Below, in pieces: positions 12,399-23,983 of a stretch of 64,000 nucleotides of DNA. Within the stretch, counting starts at the first letter, position 1. Each line of letters opens with the position of its first letter. The notes under the pieces were generated by a model, which was given only the letters and a program-made list of their open reading frames with translations, did not search any database and was not told where the DNA came from. The DNA is from Laetmonice hystrix. Taxonomy: Eukaryota. Made by a program: the position numbers and the translations under genes. The stretch spans positions 10,044,001 through 10,108,000 of the forward strand of contig OZ249440.1 of assembly GCA_965235115.1 (NCBI GenBank), given 5' to 3'.

Positions 12399-14138
12399 CA
12401 CCTGTTTTTCACCGCAGAGGCCCTCCCCCAATCTCAACTTGATTTTATTTATTTCACCTTTGGGCAGCATTATCAATCAGTACATTGCAGAGGTTTCCAT
12501 TACAGTCCCTTTAATAGTGGCACCCAGCTATAGTAGGCAAATACAGTGACCTCGTCAACATTAGAGTTACCTGACTCGAGAACGGCTCGCCTAAAATTAG
12601 CTGTATTCTCACGGCGGTATTCCCCTTACTACTTGTGTATCCTTTGGGTGATACTTGACACAGACTTTACCAGACAGGTATGGGAGCTGTCGGGGCACGT
12701 AACTTCCTACCCTTATCAGGTGTGGTAGAAAAACTCAGGTCCAATTTTACCGGTTGCTGAGACCACACCTGACCTTTGGGGTGACATAGTCTCTCGGTTA
12801 GAATGTAAATGCTGCTAACTGCTTACCCCTGCAAGAGGCTGGGGAAATCCTCAAGGGTTCATTAGTAATTGTCGCACGCTTCCGTATTGGCCTCTGGGGG
12901 CCAGCCGAACCACCTGTCCAAAACGGCCTCAAAGATCCAGGCGAATATATAGAGTATAACATATCAATCACCTTAACTAGGTGGCTGAGGGAAAGAGGGT
13001 GGGTGGGCAGGGATTCAGATAGCAATTGTATTTATAATTTAAAAAAAAAAATCTAACCATCTCACCTGAGCCCACCTGAGTTGATGCTTATTGATTATTC
13101 TCTAGGAACACCTGGGTCCGTGTAGTGTTATGTCATGTAAACCTTACCCATAACACCTGAGACCAAGCCCCAGGAACGTTAGGGGTTTTTTCCCTTGCTG
13201 GTTTAATGGAATGGAAATATTCAATCCAAGTTTGAAGGGATTACACTTCACTGTAGCAACAGGTGGCCACAGATGCCCCGCTATTTTCCGCCTTATGAAA
13301 AGGTCTGACAAGCTCGAGTGTGGGCCTCATTTGGCAGGGGGCATTGTGTTTGGCGGCACCTAAAGGACTAAGCGGACACAGTCGAGTTAGCCACTAAGTG
13401 CTCCAATGGGGGCACATGGAGAGTTTGACCTCGCCGTGCTCTCACCCCACCGCTCTGCTCAGCCGTCAACTTCCTTTGATGGTTTCCGTACGAGAATTCT
13501 ACTCCACATAGAAATAGTTGCATAGGAACCGTCAATATGGTCGACTTAATGTGGCTTGGTTATTGTAGATGGCTTGGTTATTGTAGATGACAGGTGGCGG
13601 TTTTTTATACCAGTCCCCCTCTGTCCTTCACTCTCTGTCTCTATCGCTGAACAGGAAGACCAAGTGGAACACAGCAATGGGGACCTAGCAGTGAAAGCAA
13701 GCCTGGTGGATTAAAAAGCCTGTTTCTCTTGGTGAATGGGGTTAAAGCGTTGGGGTTTGCTGGGTGGAGGGTTAAGTTTCAGCAGGCCGTAGGGGATCGG
13801 GGTAGATTGTTTGTTGTTGTGTTTGTTTGTATGGAAGCCGAGTGTAGGTGACTGACACCGGGAGGTGTGGCAAGAGGTTTGGATACTTTGGTCTGGAGTG
13901 TCTGTCTCTGTGTCTGTCTGTCACATTCCTACCCTATACCCGCTTCAAGATGTCTTCTGTGTTCTGACAATATCACACCCGGTCGCCACCCCCTCCCACA
14001 CCTGATCACAGATCATTCACACCTGAAAGAAAAAGACGAGGGAGATAAAAAAAAATGCAGAGGAATTATTTGATCGTTGCTTTTGAAGAGTTCTATCCTG
14101 AGGACTGGTTGTGTTGGTGTGGTGAAACCACCCACCTG
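12399..14138. promoter_or_regulatory. Candidate intronic enhancer/silencer: homotypic CACCTG (E2-box) cluster
   Basis: 12 CACCTG/CAGGTG hexamers counted in 1.74 kb versus about 1 expected at uniform composition. Confidence 0.35.
13552..13587. repeat. 18-bp tandem duplication
   Basis: tggcttggttattgtaga x2. Confidence 0.9.
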
Positions 14139-17100
14139 AGTACTCAGTAGGAGAGAAAGATGATACCCCGCTCACATAGCTCTCGGGGCTGTGTGACTTG
14201 AGGTGGCACACAAACCAAGCAACCAATTCACTGCAAATATATCGCCTTCTCAAACAGATCGCCCATGTTGGTGGGCCTGCCTGCCTGACACTCAGGCCTG
14301 TCTGGTTTGTTGTGGTGAAGTACCTGTCGATGTCTTCTTAGTGCTCTCCCTCCTTCGTTGTACATACACATGGGCAACACTTGCTCCTACCCACTTTTCA
14401 TACCACTTGCCACATTCGCGCTGGCTCTTAAAAATCCTACTTTCCGACTCACATAAAACATCATAAAAACATTTTATTCATATATTGTAAGGATCTTAAA
14501 ACGTTTATTAAACGTTCATGGCTGGCTGGTTTTAAGTCAAAGTTTCCCGTAATCGTGAATGTTACCGTATACAAGGGTTATTAAAGGGGAGTTTGGCTGT
14601 CACTGACAGGTTGGCCTGGGGGCAGTCAACATGGCTTATACAAGTACCCTCTGCTCTAATTTTGCTCAATTAGATGTTGGTGGAAAAAGTCAGATGTGTC
14701 TGATCCTGGTGGCAAAGATTTGTCTTTGTCCACTTACTTTGTCTGTACATGACATACGTATACGGCCGGCCTCCCGTAGCCGCGGGGCTGTCGATCCTGA
14801 ATCACCACCTCACGATTACAGCCCCACCAGTAGCCCGTCGTCAAGATATGTCACAGCAGACAAAACAATAATGTTAGTTGTCGTCCGTGAACAGGCACTG
14901 TAGAGTGAACCTGGAATGCCAGGGACTCGACATGAAGCACATGGCCGGTTTACCAAACCGCCCTCAATGATGTGTTATTTCTTGTGGTTTCTTTTTCTCC
15001 TTGTGCACAGCCTTAACTCGCGGCTGTATTGTTTTAAGCTGTAGATTAAGTTTATGGACGTATTTAATCTCTGCCTGCACCCCGATCACACCCAGAGTTC
15101 GTTTCTCTAATACAGGAGCTGGAAATGTAAGCAATGTCTGCCTTCCCTCGGTTATATTTTCTGCCAAATCAACATTGTGAATTTATTATTTAAACTTCTA
15201 AAAAGTTTTTAATGTTTGGCGAACCAGGTGCTGTTGACTGCTAAATTAAGCTCAGATCGTAACCTTTCGTGAAATCGGCTCACATGGAAGTCATTCCCTC
15301 CAACATTAAAGGTTATATTATATACGCCCCTGTGCTGGAGGGTAATGAAGCTTCTACTACCTGAGGCAGCACCCGACAGATGGTGCTGACGTGCAAAACA
15401 GCGCCCCCTGGGTGGCGTCACAACAACGCATTCGCAAACTGCGAGTTTCCTGTGAACGTGACGTTGACGTATACACCGCGCGTCCCCGTCACGTCATAGC
15501 CGTCACTGTCGGCGATTATAAACCAGGGTGGGGTGGGGTGGCCAGGTCGGGGGCTTATCTCCCGCAGACATACCTACAGGGCAGCTGATCCACCCAGCAG
15601 ATAATGTCAGATGGCTTCAAACGATGGCCAAGTGAGAAAAAGGAATAAATGGCAAATTAGCGCGGCGTTGAGTCTATTAGAGGTGATTAGGGATAACCCA
15701 GCTAAGACAGCTAACTGCTGCCATGCAGGAAACAGCTGGTTGCATGTTGGGAACGAACCCGACCGAGCCCAGCCCTCTCAAACAAAAACTCCCTCCCCCT
15801 CCCTCCGCGTCACCCTCCTCGCTATGATCCCAATCCCTGTCAGACCCCCCCCCCCCCCATCCTCGCAAACTTTCCCGAACCCGTACATCATGGCGGAGTC
15901 CCATGTCACACAATGAAAGTATGCTGTAAAGTGGCAGCCACTTGATCGCTCGGCGGCCGCCATGATGAAGAAACATCTTGTCATGTCCAATTAGAGCGCC
16001 CAGATAGGATACATTTGAACGTCTTGCCGACGGATGACAGAAAGACGCTTGATGTGTTCCCGAGATCTGACGTAAAGTTTTGTGGTGTAGTATTGGGTTT
16101 GGGTACAGTGAGTGATGCTTGATGCAGGCAACCCTGCTCAGCACGAACCAGAGGATCATCTCTGTCAAATGGTAAGGAAGTCACGCAACACATGCAAGAG
16201 CGCAACGGATGCGTGTGGAGGCGTGGCGGAGGGGGGGGGGGTAAAGGCAGGCGAGGGACTCTTCCTCAGCACATCATGTCAAATAATATAGGCCAAATCT
16301 GCAGGTATACGTCCCCCCTCCTTCCAGGCCCCCCTCACCGCATGTTTCTACCTGCCTTGTCATTATACTTTCATATAGCTTCCTCAGACTGTCACTTCGG
16401 TCCTGGTAATACAATCTTAACATGCAACCCTATACCTCCAGCTGCTCAAACTCATGCTGACCTCTTTCTGTACAGCCCTTGTTTTTATTTCCTGGCATAC
16501 AGAGTGGTAGAAACATCTGAAATTGTGATATCGTTTGGGATAATTTATACTTCCAAAGCTGTACAGTTCACGACATGCTGTATACACAGACTTATACCGC
16601 TCAAATATTACAAAATATCAATAGTTTAGGCCCGTCTTAGAACGCACTACGTAGTGTTATCTTACAAAAGGTCTTGTCTTCTGCCATTTTATCCTATAGA
16701 GGTTTCACGGTTCTGTGCAACTCCCGACGGTTGAAACTACACACATTATAAAGGATTTGGCATCGATTCAGTTGGAGCACTAGGATTTCTCCAGCCAATG
16801 TGTTAAATGATGTGTAATCTATTCAGTCAGTCAAATTACTCGCGCTGAATTCGTTCAATACTTACGCAGAGCTTGCATATACCGAGGGTCGTATAGTGTT
16901 TTAAGTTTCGCCAGACATAGTCCGAGCGCCTCCAAACAGACTCACCTTTCAAGTTCTAATTAGTTCCACTAAAGGCCGCGCACCTTTCATGCTGATGTCA
17001 TGCCGTACAACTTGATTGCCTCAAGGAACCCGCTGAATGACTCGCTTGGCACCCAAGTGGAAATATCAGATTATGCAGTGCCGATGTTTCAGCAGCTGCA

Positions 17101-17568
17101 AGCTAATTACAAAGCCTTTTATTCTCGAACCCGGTATTTGATGTAGATGGCATTGTCACCTTCTACGTACACATCCGTGCCAAGACAAATATAATGGCGT
17201 GTATACACTATTTTAATATAGCTTATACCTTGGCTCTGACATATATATATTCCCAGTGCAGCGAGAAGGTGAAGTGGGTGTATGGGAGGCAGGTGGTACA
17301 TGGACTCTAGCTTCCTTCTCTCGCGGGTTTCGCAGAATGGGCACATCAGCAATAATTGTTTGATTGAAGCCCCATCTTTACCCAAGCTGATCCCAATCTT
17401 GACGGCGCCTGGGCTGGCTGATCCAGCGCTCCATTATAAAACTTCACCCTCTTCTGTCTCCGCACTCGCTGACAGACAATGCTGTGTTTGGACGCCGTCA
17501 TCAGCAGCAGCTAGCACTGTGTCACCAGCCACTTACCGCTCAGAGCTGTCCAACAACTGACTGACATT

Positions 17569-17596
17569 TGACCTCTGACCCCATGACCCCTGATCC
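17569..17596 (-). promoter_or_regulatory. Candidate nuclear-receptor DR1/DR2 array
   Basis: tgacct-c-tgaccc-ca-tgaccc-c-tgatcc: four co-oriented half-sites. Motif only. Confidence 0.35.
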
Positions 17597-18496
17597 TGGT
17601 GTTGATCCCATTAAGTGCTGCTGACCACATCAAAGACGGCACAGCGTTTTGTGATGCGCATAAGCCGGCTGGGACTTCGCTCCTGAGCCTCAGACAATGC
17701 CATGGCCAGGATTTCCCCATCACACAAACAGCTGGCTGGATCTGGCAGACAGCCAAGTGTCTAATCTTCAGCAGAAATGTGCATTTTTTCAGCTGAAACA
17801 AGATTCCGGGAAAAGTGGGTCGGGGGCGGGGAGATATGAGAAGGAGCTAGCAATATGTTTGGTTGGAAGGGTGTCACAGGTCACTAGATTGGAGCACTCC
17901 ACTAAAGGTTCCTCGGTGCTGTGGAGAAGTCATCCATATGATGTCTGTGATATTGGGCAATCAAAGATTCTTCACCGCACCATCTTTTCTTTGTCTCAAT
18001 CTCCACGGACAATCTTCTACTTTCATTCAGTGGGGCTGTTACAGCCTGTATTTAAATCTACTACGTTCCTTCAAAAAGCATACCAATTATTGTGGTCCTG
18101 GGTCTATTTCTTCCTGATTTTGTGGATCCGTTTCGGTTTAAAGTAAGCTGTTGCCCTGTACAAAATCTTGCTTGATCACTTCCTGAGCTCTATGAAAGAG
18201 AATACGTCTTGTTACCAATAACAGCTAAATGCGTAACATTTGTTGAAATTTCATGCCGCATGCTACTTTCATGAGCCTGCCATGTTTCGTGTCATTCTAA
18301 AAATAAATTATCAAGTATTTTAAAAGAACATGATCACACAAGCTTTCTAAATTTATGCAAAGGGCAAAACAATCGATAAAAAAATAATGATCTTTGTCCC
18401 GATGAGTGTGCAGCCAAATGTCCAAAGTGGTAACTGTGTAAAGTGTGATGTTTGTTAGACCTGAAGTACCTAACCCTGATGTCTTTATATTTACAG

Positions 18497-18568
18497 TGAC
18501 CTCAGCAACAACCAAATCACCTTCCTTGCACCAGATGCCTTCGCCGGACTCAAGTCACTCAATTCACT
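18497..18568 (+). CDS. slit: slit D2 LRR exon (DLSNN repeat), 72 nt, phase 2-2
   Basis: tttatatttacag| ... |gtgagt. Translates DLSNNQITFLAPDAFAGLKSLNS(L). Confidence 0.97.
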
Positions 18569-19813
18569 GTGAGTTTACAGTCTTCTTTCATCTCTCTGGC
18601 TACTGTTTTATACTTTATGTTTTGGTATAGACCTCTGTTGGTGTGTGAGGGGGGGGGGGGGGGGGGGGTTCCGTCTACTTTACCAGGCCGACAAGCCTGA
18701 TGAAACCATCTGAGCTGTTAATTGTAATGAGGGGTGAAAATGACACTAAAACACGCGGCCAATTTACATAATAGAAAGACTTCTTAAGTGACAAGCACGA
18801 CCAAAGTGACGGAAATGATTTGCCCATATGTATTAAGTGTCAAAACATTTATATTTGTACTTTTTTCTTCCCTACTGACTCAACACATAGTTCAACATCC
18901 ACTAACCAAACAGTTTTTTTTAAAAAACGTTAAAAATGTGAGAGTTCCCAGGCACAAACGAAGATTCAAAAATAATAACATTTTCACCAAATTATCCTTG
19001 GCGGTTTACTTCAATTCAGTCGTAAATTCATTTCTCTGTGTTGAAATCGATCATCGTCAGTGGAGTGCTCTTCAATTATTTTAAACCCCCACCTAATCTT
19101 AAAGGTATTACGAGTAAACGAATCTACTCAAACCCACAGACCTGGCCCTCAATATCAGTGGCAATCAACGCTTGTTACAGGCACGGTTTGTGACAGCCAC
19201 CCGCCATCAAGTGTATTAGGTATTAAATCCAAATCCAAATGGTTGCAACTGAAACGTCCAAACAAAAAGTTCCTGAGTGGAGCACACATTCGACCTACTG
19301 ACTTATGATGTGCCGCGCAAGAACTCGGAACAAAAAAATCTTCCAGTACACAGGTGCATTCCATACAAATAGCACCACTGTGTGCAATTGCTCAATTGCT
19401 CCCCGTCGGCGTAATTAGGTTAATTATGCCAATTAAGCTGCTGCTAATAGATAGAAGGTGTCTTTTGTATGTGCAGATATACTAACTCATAACCATTAGT
19501 ATCACCACAATGATCATTACAACATTTTTCCCCTTCCAAGGCGTAACTTTGGGCACATTATGTAAAACATCATGTAGTTTTCTGTTTCATCTTACTGTTT
19601 AATATTTATCAATAATTAAAGGCTTTTTAGCGGTTGGGGATGAGACCTCTCCGAGCCCCGACCCCCCGCCCCCACCCCCCCCCCCCCACCCCCCTGCGCC
19701 GGCCAGCCTCGTGAGCCTGTCATTTCAATCATGAAGCCAAACGATAAACAATGTTCTAACATTACTGTTGTGTGAGTTTTTTGGAGTTTATAAGTCCTTT
19801 CGTCCTGTTTCAG

Positions 19814-19885
19814 TGTTCTGTACGGCAACAAGATCGCCGAGCTTCCCCCAGGAGTGTTCAGTGGTCTGACATCGCTACAACTGCT
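19814..19885 (+). CDS. slit: slit D2 LRR exon (VLYGN repeat), 72 nt, phase 2-2
   Basis: cgtcctgtttcag| ... |gtgagt. Translates VLYGNKIAELPPGVFSGLTSLQL(L). Confidence 0.97.
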
Positions 19886-19921
19886 GTGAGTAGACCATAC
19901 GACTCACCACTCTATGTACAT

Positions 19922-20068
19922 GGGCCGGGTTTTCATTTCAAAACTTCAGTTCTTGCTTAAGCTTAAGGCTTCTGATTGGCTAGTCCGCTTTGAACAACCT
20001 ATCAGAAGCGGTAAGCTTATAATTATAAGCTTAAGCCAAAACTTAAGTTTTGAACAACCCGGCGCCCC
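19922..20068. mobile_element. MITE family A, full palindromic copy
   Basis: Left arm gggccgggttttcatttcaaaacttcagttcttgcttaagcttaaggcttctgattggc is an imperfect reverse complement of right arm ...atcagaagcggtaagcttataattataagcttaagccaaaacttaagttttgaacaacccggcgccc. No coding capacity. Confidence 0.75.
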
Positions 20069-20551
20069 CCAGTAATCGGTACCCATACACCGGGTTCTGT
20101 TTACACACAATGCAAACATACCTTTAACTCCAATCTTTGTCTATATACATTTATCCATTCTGACATGTAATTATTTAGCACAGAATGTCCGGAGAAAAAT
20201 CTTAACATGATTATATTGTTTTCTCCCAACACGTCCGACATTAATGTAATGATGGAGACAAGCTCTCAGCTGTTGTTATTCTTCACTTTCGCAATAGTTA
20301 TTCTTTGCAGTCGGCACAGTTGACGTTGCCATTTACCATTTCGGATTATTTGTAAATCCTGTTGTTTCTCTTCCATCAGAATTATCAATAACGTTAGTCA
20401 TAAACACAAGAGACAAGACTGGGACGTTTCCTGCAGACTAATGTTCCCATAATGTTGTTATAGATACACACATCCTGCCAGCCGCCTTACTTGCTATAAA
20501 TCACGGCTACAATGAATCAGTATAATAAATTAATGTCTCCTATATTTGCAG

Positions 20552-20623
20552 GTTGCTGAATGCCAACAAGATCTCCTGTGTTCGAATGGATACCTTCAAC
20601 GACCTCCACAACCTCAACTTGCT
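20552..20623 (+). CDS. slit: slit D2 LRR exon (LLNAN repeat), 72 nt, phase 2-2
   Basis: cctatatttgcag| ... |gtaagt. Translates LLNANKISCVRMDTFNDLHNLNL(L), close to Slit [24 protein letters not shown] (recalled). Confidence 0.97.
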
Positions 20624-21552
20624 GTAAGTCGACCTTGGTTCTTCTTTCAAAGTAGTTTTTTCTTAGAGTTATGAATAAAAGTCTCTTCAATTAATAATAA
20701 GTTTTCCGCTCCTTAACAGTTCCCTTTTATTATTTTTGTTAGCGATAACTGATTTTATCATGTCCTGAAGAAAAGAAAAGCGAGTGTTCTGGGTGTGAAC
20801 ATCTCGTTGAGTGCTCATTCATTTCGTGGAGCCCCTTTTTAGCCGAGCACATTTACACTTGTTGGCCCAGACAATCAGAAAGTTCATTTCTTCCAATGAG
20901 TTCTCTGCGTCCGTGTTTGCAAGGTACCTAAAAATGTGACCAGAGCCAAAAGCCTTGATTTCTTATTTTCTATTGTGCGCCTGGACAAATGATGTTGATG
21001 AGGAGGCGAGGAGAGGAGGTGTGAAGTAGTTCCATTACAGGGATGAGGGACGGGGGTGGTAGTGGAGGAGAAGGTGCACTTAGTAAATTACCATCTCCTG
21101 GTGCCGTATGTATGCTGGGCACACAGGCTGACCTGATGGAACTGGTGTCCAGGGACCTTTCCACCCTCTCTCGGTGGCCACCACAATACACACTCGGCAA
21201 CACAACACACAACTTTGTGTGCCTTTCCGGAACTTCAAGAAATGGAAAAACTACAAAAGACAAACTGAAACTGCCAGAAATGGTTCCGCTGGAGACGGGA
21301 GACTCTTTGCTGTACTTGTTGACTCAGGATGTTTGTGCCGCTATATTCGGTTACAAAACAAAGCATGGACCAGTAGAAACGTGCTGTAGTTTGAAGGAAA
21401 AGTAAAGCACCAAGTATTTAACCAAACCTATGAATAGAACGATGCAAAGATTGTTACTTTGCTAAGATTCTTATGAGTTTTAATAAGGTTTTCTCGCTCT
21501 TATTTGATTATCAGACTGTTCCGCTCATCAAGTATTTTGTCTCGGTTCACAG

Positions 21553-21624
21553 GTCCCTGTACGACAACAAAATCCAGTCCCTTGCCAACGGAACCTTCCT
21601 TCCCCTGAAGAACATCCAGACACT
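21553..21624 (+). CDS. slit: slit D2 LRR exon (SLYDN repeat), 72 nt, phase 2-2
   Basis: ttgtctcggttcacag| ... |gtaagt. Translates SLYDNKIQSLANGTFLPLKNIQT(L), resembling Drosophila Slit SLYDNNIQSLANGTF (recalled). Confidence 0.97.
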
Positions 21625-23820
21625 GTAAGTACTCCCACAAGAACTAAATCAGAAATGTATACTTATGACAGCAGCTGAGCACACACGGGAATTATAGCAG
21701 AAAATTAACATCCTGATTCGCCAGAAGTGTGGATTTTTTTCCACGGGATGGTCCCTTGTGAGGTTGGACTAACCAGGTCTGAGGCAATTGGAGGATGTTG
21801 AAGATGGCCGCTAGGGCCCTACCAGCCTCCGGCTCTCCATCGGGCTGGCAATGGATGGTAGTGGCTGCCCTGATACTGTTAGCGCGCCTAGACAGCTGCA
21901 ATCGGAAAGGTTCCCTTCTCGCGATAAGCACATTGCAAACATTTTAAGTTAGAATGCCTAAAGAACGGGTGTAATAATTATTGGATTTGTAATATCTTTT
22001 TTCTTCCTCTTCTTCGTCATCACAGCAAATAGAATTACGATAGGGTACTTTGACAAGGTTTCCCCACATGGCACTGATTGAGGACTCCATGCTCTTCAGG
22101 CAGTAATAAGAACATTTGAAGATTGCTGGAGAACTGGATGTTACTCTTTTCATGCATTACAACTGAATGACTACAAACGTTCAGGGACACGTACTACAGC
22201 AACGACCGGAAAATGTCAATGAAAAAAAGAACAAAGCAATCAGCGAAGTTTTGAGTTCATATTTTATACAAAATAGGTGGTTGATTGACCTTTGTATCTC
22301 TATACCAGCTACTTCTCTATAGAATTTGATTGGTTTGTAATCATGGAATCAGTACCCAGTCGACCGACTTGTTGAAGATTACCGTATGGTTCCCAGTAAA
22401 CGCGAACCTTGTCAGCTATCACAGAACCACAGGCCTCGCAATGTAAGAATGATAGCGAACTTATCGTTCAGATTGAAACAGCTTTACTGAACGCACGCTA
22501 CCATCCCGTCCTGTTTGTGATCAACTTTCAGAAGAGCGGGCTTAGACATGATTACACGACTTGTTTTTCACGAAGGTTTTCTCATCCCTATCTATCGGTC
22601 AATGAATATTGGCATCCTGACTTAACATCCTACCAGTATAGAGAAATCCCCTGCCAACGAGGCCGCGTTATTTTTTGTTGTTGCACTGCATGTAGGAAAT
22701 CCGTGGGAGTATATTTAGTCAGTCTAGTGTAGCAGGGTGTAGGAGTTCTTGTCTCTGGGATGAGACGATCCCCGAGAGAGGGGGCGGTATTCGTCTAATC
22801 AATGGAAGGTGAAGCGGTGAATAAATTGCTAGAATAGTTCACCACTTCCAAGTGCAGTATATATATCCTTGCTTGGCACTGCCTGCAGAAAGAAGTGCGG
22901 ATTGGGGCAGTTAATTCAGTGAATTCAGACTTCATTCAGTTGGGAGTGTCCTCTAAACTCGGCCACGGTACAATCGGTTCGATCCCAGCTGGAGTCTTCA
23001 GACTGCCTTCAGGGAACCGGGGCAGGTTACCGATCAACATCAAACAACTGCATTATAAACAGCACCTATTGGTGTGGCTGTACCACCCCCACCCCCACCC
23101 CCACCGACCCGGGTTTGGTGACATTACGGGTATCGATTGGGCTGGCGTGAAGGGGGAGGAACCGGCTGACTGACCGACCGTCACACCGACCGAACCTCCC
23201 GGGAGTTCCATCATGAAAAGTCTCCCGACACGATAGGGCCGGATACCTGTCAATACTAATATTTCCTGCTTCCTACAAGAGGCACCTTCCAACACGGCAC
23301 AGCGGCTGACTGATTGCCAACCCCGGCGGCCACCAAATCTGATCCTTAAAGATCAACCGAGAATGCTCGGGAAAAGTCACGGATGACGCACCAATTTACG
23401 GCAAATTATGTGTTATTTTCCCTCAATATTTCAAGTAGTTTATGCCGACATCGCCTGCAGGGGCCGTTGCTGTTTTGACAGGCTGACTTAAGGAAAAAAG
23501 AATGTTGCCCGAAGCACTGATGATCTTCGGGAAAATTAACACGTTTTATGTCGCGTGCAAACCTAGCTTTAAGTAGGTCAGTTACGCCGAAATCTACCAT
23601 AGTAAAAGCACTCACGTGGCTTTTTATACCAGCAGAGAGCACCATTCCACTTTAACGTGCCGTGACGTATTTCATGTTGGTTTTATAGAAGCAATGTGTA
23701 TTATTACGAGTTGAACACTGTGGTCTGTGAATGATGGTAGGGTAGTAGACTGGGCGCTCTATATATGCTAGCTGGGGATAGCCAAGGTGCCTTTTATAGC
23801 CTACCTTCCACAGTCTTTAA

Positions 23821-23983
23821 CCGGCGTACACGCCCCAACTCTTTAGTCGGCCGACTCTCTGCTTCTAAATAACCGATGCGTGTATGTCACAGTCAGACAG
23901 GAGCTGTTTTTAACCGGCACACACGCACGGACTATTTTGTTGGGGGCCGTCGGCCGACAAAATCGTCGGTTTGTGTATGCCGG
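23821..23983. mobile_element. Two tandem ~70-bp Tourist-like mini-MITEs
   Basis: Copy 1 is ttaa|ccggcgtacacgc...gcgtgtatgtca (23821-~23889). Copy 2 is ttaa|ccggcacacacgc...gtgtatgccgg (23914-23983). Both have CCGGCRYACAC-type termini and an internal gtcggccgac palindrome. Confidence 0.6.

Noticed and set aside
21795-21947. 50-aa ORF with a hydrophobic, signal-peptide-like stretch (WQWMVVAALILLA)
   Set aside because: Short, with no donor site or promoter evidence and no recognisable family.
21944-22153. Minus-strand 69-aa ORF with CCDDEEEEE
   Set aside because: The acidic run comes from a (TCT) microrepeat, and there are no convincing splice signals or homology.
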